Source of the DNA: Basidiobolus meristosporus CBS 931.73
Taxonomy: Eukaryota; Fungi; Basidiobolomycota
Length of the DNA stretch: 64,000 nucleotides
Direction: 5' to 3'
NCBI GenBank assembly: GCA_002104905.1
Contig: MCFE01000049.1
Location: forward strand, 1 to 64,000
The notes under the pieces are model-generated. The model was not told the origin of the DNA, did not search any database, and saw only the letters and a program-made list of their open reading frames with translations. The position numbers and the translations under genes are program-made. Positions 40,565 to 52,295 of this stretch are shown here, piece by piece. The number at the start of each line of letters is the position of its first letter. Position 1 is the stretch's first letter.

Positions 40565-41488
40565 TTAGTGAAACCAGAGGAATACTAGGAGGAGCATGAT
40601 GCCGAGGCTCGGGTTTCCCTTCAACTTTGCTGATTTGGAAAGTAGAGTCCCTTTCGGTATACCCGTAGTGCGTGATATCCAACTAAGGTGATATTGCAAA
40701 TTTACAAATGTGTAATATTCTTCATTGAGGAGAGATATGCCTGCTATGAGCCCATAGACACTAGTTTGACCGTTCGATTTACGCCGATACAACGGTCCGC
40801 CGGAGTCACCATCACCTGTACTCTGGGACATGTCCACTGTTCCACATATCATAGGGCTATCTCGAATTTCAATCTCCCTCCAGTGAAGCAATCGACAGGT
40901 GTCTGGCTCTTGGACCGTAACTGTTAATGAGGAAAAGAGCTCCTCGTCGCTCAAACCTGTGGCCTCCAGCATTTCTTGTGCCATAAGATTGCTGTTGCCT
41001 ATGGTCGCAAAAAGCGACGTCTGGGTTTGATTTACTTTATGCTCCAACTCTATCAAAAGAATATTGCTCTATTTTATGTTAGGATTGAATAAGTGCACCT
41101 TGTAGTGAGGTTACTATCTTACCAATTTCTGCTCCCCAATCAATGCTGAATACCTTGGAACAACTCTTTTTACCGGGATATTCTCATACGATGCGCCCCC
41201 GCTGGCGTAGACCCGTACTTTCGAAACATTGGATTTTGATATCGCAGTTACCGTATCATTTTCGGCGGAAGTCTGTAAGCAAAACTGGGTGGACAAAACC
41301 CAAGTGTCGCTGAGCAGGACTCCACTACAGTAAGCATCACTTGTGTCATGTATCGAGACAAGGTACGGTACTTCATCAAATCCCCTAGGTCTGCCATTTT
41401 CAATATATTGTAAAGGACTGAGTTCAGTATGAACTAAAGGGCAAGCCACCAAGGAACAAAACGCTCCAACCAACAAAGCTCCTCTCAT
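40565..41488 (-). CDS. Secreted trypsin-fold (S1) protein, probably non-catalytic, with GPI-like tail (one intron)
   Basis: Signal peptide, IENG, VPYLVSI, YCSGVLL..WVLSTQFC, SNILLIEL, GDSGGPL, hydrophobic C-terminus. Confidence 0.88.
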
Positions 41489-43819
41489 CTTTGATCGCTT
41501 ATGGGACTAGTCGTTGTGAAGATCGTCTATTTATATGCCGAAGCGACATTCGATAATTCCCAGTGTAGGCTTGGATGTATCTAGGCACTTATATGCTTTG
41601 GATAAAACCATTGTAAATACGATCGCAGACTCCGTATTCAATGTATGAGATTGAGAAAAGATACTATAAAGCTGCAGCTACCTGACAACAACCTGCTCCC
41701 TTAAGACCAAATGCAACATTTTCTTGTGGCTGAAATACGCCAGTGCATTTTTTCCTTTCACATTGGTTTCTGACAGGTATGAACCTGTTGGATTAGCGAG
41801 AACCCGATTATGTTCCAAAATCACTAAGACTTATGAGGAGGTGGCCCTCCCTGTTTAGCGAAAGTGTGTATATCTTGAGCATATATCAGTCAATCTGTTC
41901 CATAATCAGGTGCTGGGCTGAGGTCATGTAAATTAAACGAGAAATCTATTGAAGTCCGAGCTACAAATCTCGTTTAAAGATTACTTCACGACAATTAACT
42001 ATAGAACTGAAGTGGCGACAAATGGACCATCTTTTCCAGCGAAGAATTTTTGGGGCAGCGAATTCCAGCGATTTGCTTGGAGACTGTCCATCTCGAGAGC
42101 ATTCACAAATAGCAGTGTAGGCTGCACGAGCTTACGTTTCCGGAAATTAGGACATTTATTCACTACAATCGCATTGCCCAAGGTCACAGAAGGGCAGCAG
42201 CCAGATGGTACAACAAAACTAGAACTACAGCTGTGAATCAAAGGCTTGCAATAGTTATGCCTAAGCACCTACTAATGCAACGATACTCAACCCAAATGAA
42301 TAGTGCATTGAGCACTCTGAGATAACTTTAGCTTAAGTGAAAAGTGAAAGACATCCAACTCATCAAGTGGTGGGCTGAGCCGGGTCATACTGAGAAAATC
42401 CACTCAATGCCAAAGCAGATGACTATCTCGCATTGTACGATACATGTACTTTAATTGGACATCTCCGTAGTAGCGTATTAAGCATGTATGACCTGTTTTC
42501 TATGAAATACCGGTTATCATATATTCATTGCATTGTTCATCTTGACAAATGATTTGGTTGACTTCATTCGTGATTGAATGGATAATAGGCATTTGTTGAC
42601 TTGGCGAGTCAAATAACACGGATAAATTGTACCCCCAACGATCTCGGCCTCTGCCTTAAAGCTCCAAGGGACAGTGGAAAGATCCTTGGCAGGCGGTAAA
42701 CCCTTATAGAGCACTTCTCGAAAATATTCAGCAACTGCCAGCCACCATCAAGTCATTACCAGGGAAACATTAGTCATAGATACGTCATTGCTAAAGGGGA
42801 GACAAGGAACCCATGCAGCAACGCGTTCGCAATATTGATCCAACATCGGCTGCATGAAGAAATCAACGCCCAATCAATGGTTGAATACCACGGTATTTGC
42901 TGGAATACCTCCAGCTCCACCAACCAGTGTCATCATTCCATAATCGCGGTATGGAATTAGACACATGGTCCATATTACACTGATGTCACACGAGGAACTT
43001 GGAGATGCCTACTATATCCAATGATCAACCGTCCAAAATATATATGACATTTTGTGGTAGCCTCAAAACAATGCTTCGTCAATGCTGCCCAAAATATATG
43101 GAAATGTATAAGGATTCTATTACAGGTTTCGTCCGAAAACAATCATTGGAGGTAGAGTTATTTATATACATTATCAATAGATAGTTCTAGAGTGTCTTAT
43201 CAGCGATATCTCGCCCCCTCACCCCAAATCCCAATCTTGAGGTGTCAATCAATTGCTGCCAATCAGGTACCCAAGCAATAAAACAAATACTGGGTGAGGG
43301 TCGAACTTGGCTTGGAAATTTCCTACCGATTTTCGTAGTCTCGAATTGGAGGGTGGCTCAATGCTAGTAAATGCCCTTGGGTATAATCTATGATTCAGAT
43401 TCCCATTCTGCAACACAAACAAATGTCGAATTTCCCGGTTTGGTGCATTTTGATTATTATAATTCTTCCTTAATGCCCGTTTGGAATCGATTTTTTCTTA
43501 GACTTACCTTATATGTACCATCCTAAATATAGTCCCCAATTTATTTCTGCTCGGCTCCCACCTACTGATGTACCCCTTACTAACATGGCCCCCACCTTAA
43601 TCTTGCCTAAAGATTTACTTTATTTCTTTAGCTCTTCTTCCCACTGTGCTGCTATTGTATTTTTTTGGTGAAGCTTTTTCCATCTCACATAGCTGTTCCT
43701 CTTCATACTTATTCTGCCTCTGACACTCTCCTCTGCAATCACATATAATAGTGCCTCATATTACATAAAACTTAATACCAAGCTCCTCTCCGTCGTTAGA
43801 ATCCCCTAAGAATCGAAGT

Positions 43820-44583
43820 ATGTCCGAAATTCGTCGCAAATTAGTTATTGTTGGTGATGGCGCCTGTGGTAAAACCTGTCTTTTGATCGTCTTCTCCAAA
43901 GGAACATTCCCTGAAGTAATTCCTTTGACTTGTTCATCCCTTGTGTCTTTAATCTCATCCCTTACTCCTATGTAGGTCTACGTCCCAACTGTGTTTGAAA
44001 ATTACGTAGCCGATGTCGAGGTTGATGGCAAAAGAGTCGAGTTAGCTCTATGGGATACTGCTGGACAAGAGGATTACGATCGTCTCCGTCCACTTTCTTA
44101 CCCCGACTCCCACGTCATCTTGATCTGTTTCTCGGTTGATTCTCCTGATTCTCTAGAAAACGTACAAGAGAAGGTAATTTTCCACAGGGTTTATCTGACA
44201 TCAGCTTTGTTTTAATCATCCTTTGGTTTATTAGTGGATTTCTGAGGTTCTTCACTTTTGCGCTGGCCTTCCCATTATCCTCGTTGGATGCAAAAAGGAC
44301 TTGCGCAACGACCCCAGAACTATCGAAGAGCTTAGAAAGCAAGGTCAATCCCCTGTTTCCCAAGATCAGGTTTGTTGCACTCGACTGTCTTCTGTAGTTG
44401 GAACGGTTTTTAATAGTGATACTTTTCTAGGCTTCCGCAGTCGCCAACAAAATCGGTGCCTATAAATACTTGGAGTGTTCTGCTAAGGAAAATGACGGAG
44501 TTCGCCAAGTGTTTGAACACGCTACACGTGCTGCCTTACTTACCAAGACAAAGCAGAAGAAGAAGGGATGTTTGGTCCTGTAA
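43820..44583 (+). CDS. RHO1: Rho1 GTPase (four exons)
   Basis: [53 protein letters not shown]. Confidence 0.97.
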
Positions 44584-45170
44584 TACGTCGTTCCATTATT
44601 ACTCCCATTTCGACTCATTTACGCCCCTAATGAACTAGTCAAACATGTTCTCAACCACTGTAGCGTCCTAGTTGATCACGACTAGATATTTTACACTTTT
44701 AATATACTCTCCCAAGATTCTAAAAACATCGTCAGAATATACTCTTGACCGATTGTTCTTGTTGGTCAGGTGGAGTGGGTTGGCTTCACTCAATTCCGAA
44801 AGGAGCAATGTTTGAAATCGTGGTGAACGATTGCATTGGGTGACCGTTGGGTATTTTGAGATGGATAATCGTCTAGAGAAAATTGACTGGAGATAATCAG
44901 AGGCTTCGCCTTGAATATCTCACGCTCTGTACGATTATCTATACAAATGGCAATTGCTTTTCATCGGGATCTTAGATGCAAGTTACACACTTGGGTGAGA
45001 AAGCAGAGTTACCTCAAATAGTTTCATCAATAATCTCTCGCAAATAAGGTTTAGTAAAATTCCCACTAAAAAGAGTAAGATATCCTAGATACATCAGGAA
45101 TTTGGGAAATTTTTGAGCTGTTGGAAAATATTCTTCTCGCATTCACCAGTAGACGACAGTCTGGAACGAA

Positions 45171-46890
45171 ATGAACAGCTTGCTGAACGCCCGGGTTTCT
45201 CTTGGTAGGTTGGGACTTGCTTCCACCAAACGTGCTGTAAGGCAAAAGCACAAGGTACTTCTCGGGGAATTCTTCATACTTGTCTACACCACGCTCACGC
45301 TCATTCCTGCAACTTGCTCAAGTTGGCCTTGTACACTTCAAGACTGAACGACACAAAGACAAACCTGGCTTTTGAAGAATGGTTTGTCTATTTTTTGGTA
45401 CCGTTTTGCGTATAGCAAGATCAAGTATGAACCTTTCTATGGGTAAAAGGTTATTTAGAGATACCGATCCGGAGATGTACATCCTTTATTTGTGGAGGAA
45501 TCGTAGTTGCGTGGTTATTGGCAGAAATCAAGTAGGTGCCTATCTCATCAGTTTTCCTGCTGGCAGAGAAGTAACAATTGAACATTCCAGAATCCTTGGA
45601 AAGAATGTAACATCCCGTTAATGCGAGAATTGGGGATCCCTTTAATCAGGAGACAAAGTGGCGGAGGCGCTGTATATCAGGTATGGATTTTCTTCGCTGA
45701 CAATGTGACGTTACTGCTCACACTTCCATACTAAATAGGATATGGGGAATTCTTGCTATACTATATTGATGCCTAAGGAAGTCTTCAACAGAAGAACCAG
45801 CGCGGAACTGGTGACCAGAGCTTTGCTGGACTGTGATATCCCAGCATATGTTAATGAGAGAAGCGATATTACTGTGGACGGGTTCAAAATATCCTTTTCT
45901 ATGATCTTGTGGTCATTCATTCTATACCGAGTTTCATCCATATCCTTTAACTCTCTCTTAACGTTTCCGGGTCCGCGTATAAACTTACCAACCGCAGGGC
46001 GTACCACCACGGAACTATGCTCATTGACACCGAGCTTTCGAATCTGTCAGGATGTCTCCGGAGCAACAAGGTAAATCCGGACTGAGCCGCTATGCATATG
46101 ACCGAATCGCCAAATTGCTTACCGCGTCGAACAGGAGTATATGACTACCAAGGGTGTGGAAAGCGTACGGTCGAAAGTGACCAATTTGCGACCATATTCG
46201 TATACAATTGATCATCAGATGTTTAGCGAAGCGGTGGCTAAAGAATTCTGTAATCACTACGGAGTGGAAAAGCTGGAGGTTCGTTTTGATCCAAATGCCA
46301 GCTTATTGAAGAGTTGATTCTTATGCCAGTTTGACAGCCTACCATCATGGACGATGACTTTATTCGGAAGCATCCAAAGATCCAAGAGTACAAGAATAAT
46401 ATCGATGTAATGGCTCTGAGTCGTGGAGGTTCTTTTGCTAGTTTAATCTAACCTTTAATGTTGTTTTTGCTTAAGACCTGGGAATGGATATATGGGCAAA
46501 CCCCCGAGTTCACTGTCGATACCACTCATGTGATTCACCAAGAGAAAGTGGTACCGTATATGCTCTAAGCATATGCTTGGGTGTTTTCGTAACTAACTTC
46601 AATGACATTATAGAAATTGTTCCTTCGCTCCAAAGGTGGCCTCATCCTCGATGCACAAATTACACAACCTGTCAATAGAGCTTACGTCGATGCCATGTGC
46701 AATTCACTCAAAGGTAATATGGGTTTGCTGGAGAATCGGCATACGGTGTTATGCTAACCAAGAATATATAGGTGCCCGCTATGAACCACAGAGTATAGCG
46801 GCTGCATTTGCCAGAATATCTGGTGAAGTTCCATTAGAGGACTACGAATTTGCTGTCCAGTTACACAATTGGCTAAAGCAGATATTATGA
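45171..46890 (+). CDS. LIP3: Mitochondrial lipoate-protein ligase / lipoyltransferase, LplA family (multi-exon)
   Basis: Presequence-like N-terminus, [79 protein letters not shown]. Confidence 0.93.
45889..45962 (+). other. U12-type (minor spliceosome) AT-AC intron
   Basis: 5' ATATCCTTT, branch TCCTTTAAC at 45943-45951, 3' ...TTAAC; removal restores DGFK|VSGSAYK. Confidence 0.92.
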
Positions 46891-47618
46891 TCATCTCTGC
46901 ATTAGAAATCATTCCGTTCCCAACCTTTCCTCATAGATTTACATCATCTACGCAAGAAAATCCATTTTTTCACACACTCTGGCTAAAGGTTTACCCACCC
47001 TTTTGAGCCCAACATATACCCAAGTGTTTCAAGAAAAGTCTCAAGAGCATGCATAGCTAATAAACCTGTTGACTCGGTTAATGGAGAAAGGGGCCCCAAA
47101 TGTGTGACTGCCTCCTAGTGAGCTATGTAGACTAGCGATAATGGAGATCTTGAATTTATTAGCTGAATACCGGAATGAGATGCAGATTAAGCATCAACGT
47201 GTTGACCTGTGCTTTAATATAGTTGATCTGTATTACAATCCTCTCATGTCTAGCTTTAAACCTTCGAGGTTTATCAAAGTCACTCAATGTCGTAGCTGGG
47301 CTACGTTTTGATTCTTTGTTTCGTGGCGGAAGTGCAAGAGCGTACTCTGTACTACTAGGATTATTGCTTAGTCAAGAGTAATCCTTGGATACCTGCACCT
47401 ATCGGCCGTGGCTAATTCATGCATCCACTACCATGACTAAGTCGAATTAAGAATGTGGGATTTGTAATTCCGTCATTTCGTCATGTGATATGTGCCTTGA
47501 GTATTCCTCCTGGAAAGGTATCCAGTATGATTGCTATAAAAATTAACCTTCACCTGGTTATGCAATCCATTCATTCTGGTAGCCATATTCGTAGCTATCT
47601 ATAACCAATTGTTCACAT

Positions 47619-50427
47619 ATGCCACAAGAGCTTCGCTTTGATAACCGTGTGGTAATCGTCACCGGTGGTGGCGGGGGTGAGTCTTGCTTGGTGAAGAATC
47701 ACTCGCTTCTTTGGAAACGGCACTAAACAGCGTTTGCTTCGCAGGCCTTGGTAAAGCATATTCACTATTCTTCGCCGAACGCGGTGCGGCAGTTGTAGTC
47801 AACGATCTAGGTAGCTCTCAATCTGGTGGAGGAGCTTCTAGCAGCGCCGCAGACGCAGTTGTCGCGGAGATCATAAAGAAGGGAGGCAAAGCAATCGCAA
47901 GCTATGATTCGGTTGAGAATGGAGAAAAAATTGTAGCTGCTGCTATGAAGGCATATGGTCGCATTGATATTCTTATTAATAATGCTGGGTAAGTTCAGCC
48001 TGGAAGTTTTCCTCGGGGCCTCTCGACTAAAAAGAACTTCACTGTAGTATCCTACGTGATAAATCATTTGCCAACATGACCGACAACGACTGGGATATGG
48101 TCCAGAAAGTACACGTTCGTGGCGCATACAAGGTCACTAAGGCTTGTTGGGAGATTTTCCGAAAGCAGAAGTACGGTAGAATCATCATGACTTCTTCTGC
48201 CGCTGGTATATATGGAAACTTCGGCCAAGCCAATTATAGTGCTGCTAAGCTTGCATTAGCTACATTTGGGTTTACCCTGGCAAGGGAGGGAGTTAAATAC
48301 AATATCCATACCAACATCATTGCCCCTATCGCTGCTTCACGATTGACTGAGACAGTGATGCCACCCGAGTTGCTCGAAAAATTGAGCCCCGAATACATCA
48401 CCCCGGTTGTTGCTTATTTATGCCATGAATCCGCTCAAGAAAACGGGGGCTTGTTCGAACTTGGCGCCGGGTTTGTAGCCAAACTTCGATGGGAGGTGTC
48501 ATCAGGCAAAGTATTCAAGGCTGATTCCACGTTCACCCCAGCTGCGATTGCCGCCAAGTGGGACGCAGTTACGGACTTTTCTACTTCTACCCATCCCTCT
48601 TCGATCGGCGAAACAAACTGGATTGAGCATCTTGAAGCTGCCAAAAGGCTCTCTTCCAACCAGCAAGTTGAGCCACTCCGCTACGATGGTCAGGTGGTTA
48701 TTGTTACCGGTGCTGGAAATGGACTAGGCCGGGAGTATGCCAAACTTTTCTCCCGACTTGGAGCGTCCGTTGTTGTCAACGATTTGAACAACGCAGATCA
48801 GGTGGTTGAGGAAATCATGCGCGGGGGCGGCAAGGCCGTTGCCAGTACCCATTCGGTCGAAGATGGTGAGAAAGTCATTTCCACCGCGATGAAAGCATTT
48901 GGTAGGATCGATGTGGTCGTCAACAATGCAGGGATTCTTCGGGATAAATCATTTGTGAAAATGTCGGATCAGGATTGGGATCTGGTCCAAAATGTCCACC
49001 TGAGAGGTACATACAAAATGTGCAAGGCTGCTTGGCCCATTTTCCAAAAGCAAAAGTATGGCCGAATCATTAACACCTGCTCCTCTGTTGGGCTTTTTGG
49101 GAATTTCGGCCAAGCCAACTATAGTGCTGCCAAGGCTGGCATTTTATCCCTAAGCAACAGTCTTGCCATCGAGGGAAGAAAGTACAACATCGTAGTCAAC
49201 ACCATTGCTCCTCATGCTGGTACAGCCATGACTGCTACGATCATGCCACCGGAGATGGTGGAGATGTTCAAGCCTGAATATGTCGCTCCATTGGTTGGCT
49301 TCCTCGGTCATGAGAAGTGTTTGGAGACTGGTTCCTGCTTCCACGTTGGTAGTTGCTGGGTTGGAAAGGTTAGATGGCAGCGGTCCGGTGGCCATTCTTT
49401 TCCTTGTAACCAAAAGCTCACACCTGAAGCAGTCGCTTCTAAGTGGGTGAACATATGTAACTTCGATGATGGGAGAGCCCACTATCCATCAAGCACAAAG
49501 GAATCGCTTGAAGCAATCTACAAAAACCTCAACCAGACAGAGCAGGAAGCCTCAAATCCCGAGCCATTCCAAGGCAAGGAGTACCCGCCTGTCAAGTTTG
49601 TGTACTCTGAGCGAGACGTTATCTTATACGCACTTGGTGTTGGTGCTACCCGTCACGACCTACCTTTGGTGTATGAAAACTCGCCAGATTTCATGGCGCT
49701 TCCAGTGTTTGGGGTTATTCCTTCCTTCTCCAGCATGAAAACGGTTCCCTATACCGACTTTCTCCCTCCTTTTAACCGGATGATGTTGGTACACGGGGAG
49801 CAATACCTTCGTTTGAGGAAGGCAATCCCTACCTCTGGTACCTTGATTTCCAAACCTCGCATCATCGATATCCTCGATAAGGGAAAAGGGGTTGTTGTTA
49901 TCCTTGGTGTTGAAACGTCCGATGAAGCTGGAGATGTCATTTTTGAAAACGAGTATTCCCTCTTTATCCGTGGTATCAAAGGTGTAGGAAGCAAGCAAGG
50001 CAGAGATCGTGGTGTAGCCACCGCATCAAACCAAATTCCAGATCGCAAACCAGATATGGTTGTCCAAGAGAAAACCAGCGAAGACCTTGCCGCATTATAT
50101 CGCCTCAGTGGTGATCCAAACCCTTTGCATATCGACCCCGCGATGTCAGCGAAGGGCGGCTTCGATGTACCCATTCTTCATGGGCTCTGCTCGCTAGGGA
50201 TCGCCGGAAAGCACATCTTCAAGGCATATGGGGGCGGAAAGGCTGATGCCTTCAAAACTGTCAAGGCCCGGTTCGCCAAGCACGTATTCCCCGGAGAAAC
50301 GCTAGAAACCCAAATGTGGAGGGAGGGTAGCAAGGTTATCTTCCAAGTGCGTGTGGTCGAAAGGGACGTTATTGCAGTCGCCAATGCTGCAGTGGAGTTG
50401 AACACAAATATACCCTCTAGGTTGTAA
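47619..50427 (+). CDS. FOX2: Peroxisomal multifunctional beta-oxidation enzyme (hydratase-dehydrogenase-epimerase)
   Basis: Two SDR domains ([25 protein letters not shown]), MaoC hydratase [15 protein letters not shown]-terminal PTS1 SRL. Confidence 0.97.
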
Positions 50428-51352
50428 ATGAGTCATCGCGCAACGCATGCTAAAATCCACCGCAAGTCCTCAACAGTACAATGATTGAGGCGCGGTCGGC
50501 AGAATCCTTGTAGTAAATATCTGTTCCCATATTTGGTTCTTGGTTTGTACCTATCTAGCCGCAATCCGCGGCTTCCACTGGTTGTTGATCTTCGTAAAGA
50601 TATACAGTCGTGACGTTACTGCATTGTAAGATAGGTTTTCAGGACGTATCTCATGTTCAACGGCGTGATCGTGTCACGGCAGGTGTGCTACCAGAGCTCT
50701 TGTGTAGCAATACCGCATGAAGTATACCTTCCCTACCATTACATACCAGGTCCCATCAATGCTTGGTTTGGCGCTGATTCGATGGCATGTGATATGTGTG
50801 ATCAACATAATTCCCCCATTCTTGAGGGAACCCCAGTAAGGAAAGGGGATCCCGAGCCAAGTGATTGGTGTACCAGCTGAATCCTCATCAATTACACTGA
50901 AGCATCCCAAGACGATAATGTGACTATTGCCATCTCGCATTTTTCCCATAATAGGCAGGTGGTTGGAATGCCGACTGCCATCGCAAGGCAAATGCTATTG
51001 GGTTTACGTGCTTTTTCCCAACGTGATAATGGGAAATGTGGCTTGACCTTGATGTGATTGCTAAGCACAGGTTCTAGTTGACCAGTTGTTTGGATCGTTC
51101 ACAATGAGAGGGAGCTCCAAAACAGGGTGCCGTAATGGTATGTGGCACTCAGCAAACCAAAAAGCCCACCCATGTATCCCTGTTTTTCGTAGACTCATTG
51201 GGATTCAATCCTACTGTAAGGTTCTTGCACATGACCTGATTTTTAAGGTTTCTCTTCAGGATAAGCCCTTCTTTAACTGCTTAGTGCTACGTTTGAGTAA
51301 ACAATATCGGATATTCCCTTCTTGAGATTTGGTTTCCTACTATTTATCCATC

Positions 51353-51821
51353 ATGTTGCCAGCAAAACAGAACAAGATCGACCTGAGTGTTAGTATTTCT
51401 AGAGGCCTCCCTGCCCCTCCCGTCTAATTAAAGTTTGACTTTTCCAGAAATTGACTGAAGAAGAGCGCAAGATCTTCAAAATGTATGGCCGATTGCCCAG
51501 CGGGAAAGACTTGGTCGTTCAGAAACTGAAGGTTGCTTCTTCTGCGATATAATCAGTTCTCGGGATTTGGGTTATTCTGCATACTGATCTACTGGTTTAT
51601 TATAGGACCGAAAGTACTTCGACTCGGGGGATTACGCCTTAAAGAAAGCAGGCCAGACCTCGGCTGAAGTTGGTTCTCAACACCCTTCGCCTGAAAAAAT
51701 CCCCCACGCTAGCCCGATATCACCAACAAGCTCGCTTCAAAAAGAAGCGAGTATGAGCCAAGAAACCGCATCAGCTCCGCACATTGACAAATACGGGCCA
51801 CCTCCAGTGTTCAATCTCTAA
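51353..51821 (+). CDS. IGO1: Endosulfine / ARPP-19 family protein (three exons)
   Basis: Spliced MYGRLP...KLKDRKYFDSGDYALKKAG. Confidence 0.92.
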
Positions 51822-52295
51822 CCATGGTCAAGAATGTTAGAGGAGATATGATGTAACCTTCGGACCCTCTCAAGCCAAGTTTCCTTACTCCTCGAAATCC
51901 CCACGAACCCGCTCCCAACACCCCTCGGAAGCATTGCAATGATTTTAAGGCTGATTAACTCACGTCAGAGTTTCCTGTGCCAGTCTGTTTTCTTCGATTC
52001 GACCTCGTACTGTCCTTATTTCTTTTTGTTTACAATAAATTTCACGATTCAACCTAAAATACAGAGTCTACGGTGGCCATCATGCCGTAAGAACATTGCA
52101 AGAGAGAAGCTAGTGGTGAGCTAAATCTATGGTCTTTATTAATACATAAGAATTAAAATGTTACTACAAAACATATGGAGAGTAATTCATCTCCAGAATT
52201 CTACTTGATATAAACATAGATTCCCACTCCTACATTTCGACCCAGAAGCCATCGATCTACAGTAAGTAGGAAACGGGATATGGTAAGTAATGCCT

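Noticed and set aside
45742-46074. ORF-track protein reading [10 protein letters not shown]... as a hydrophobic tail
   Set aside because: It is read-through of the unspliced AT-AC intron into the wrong frame.
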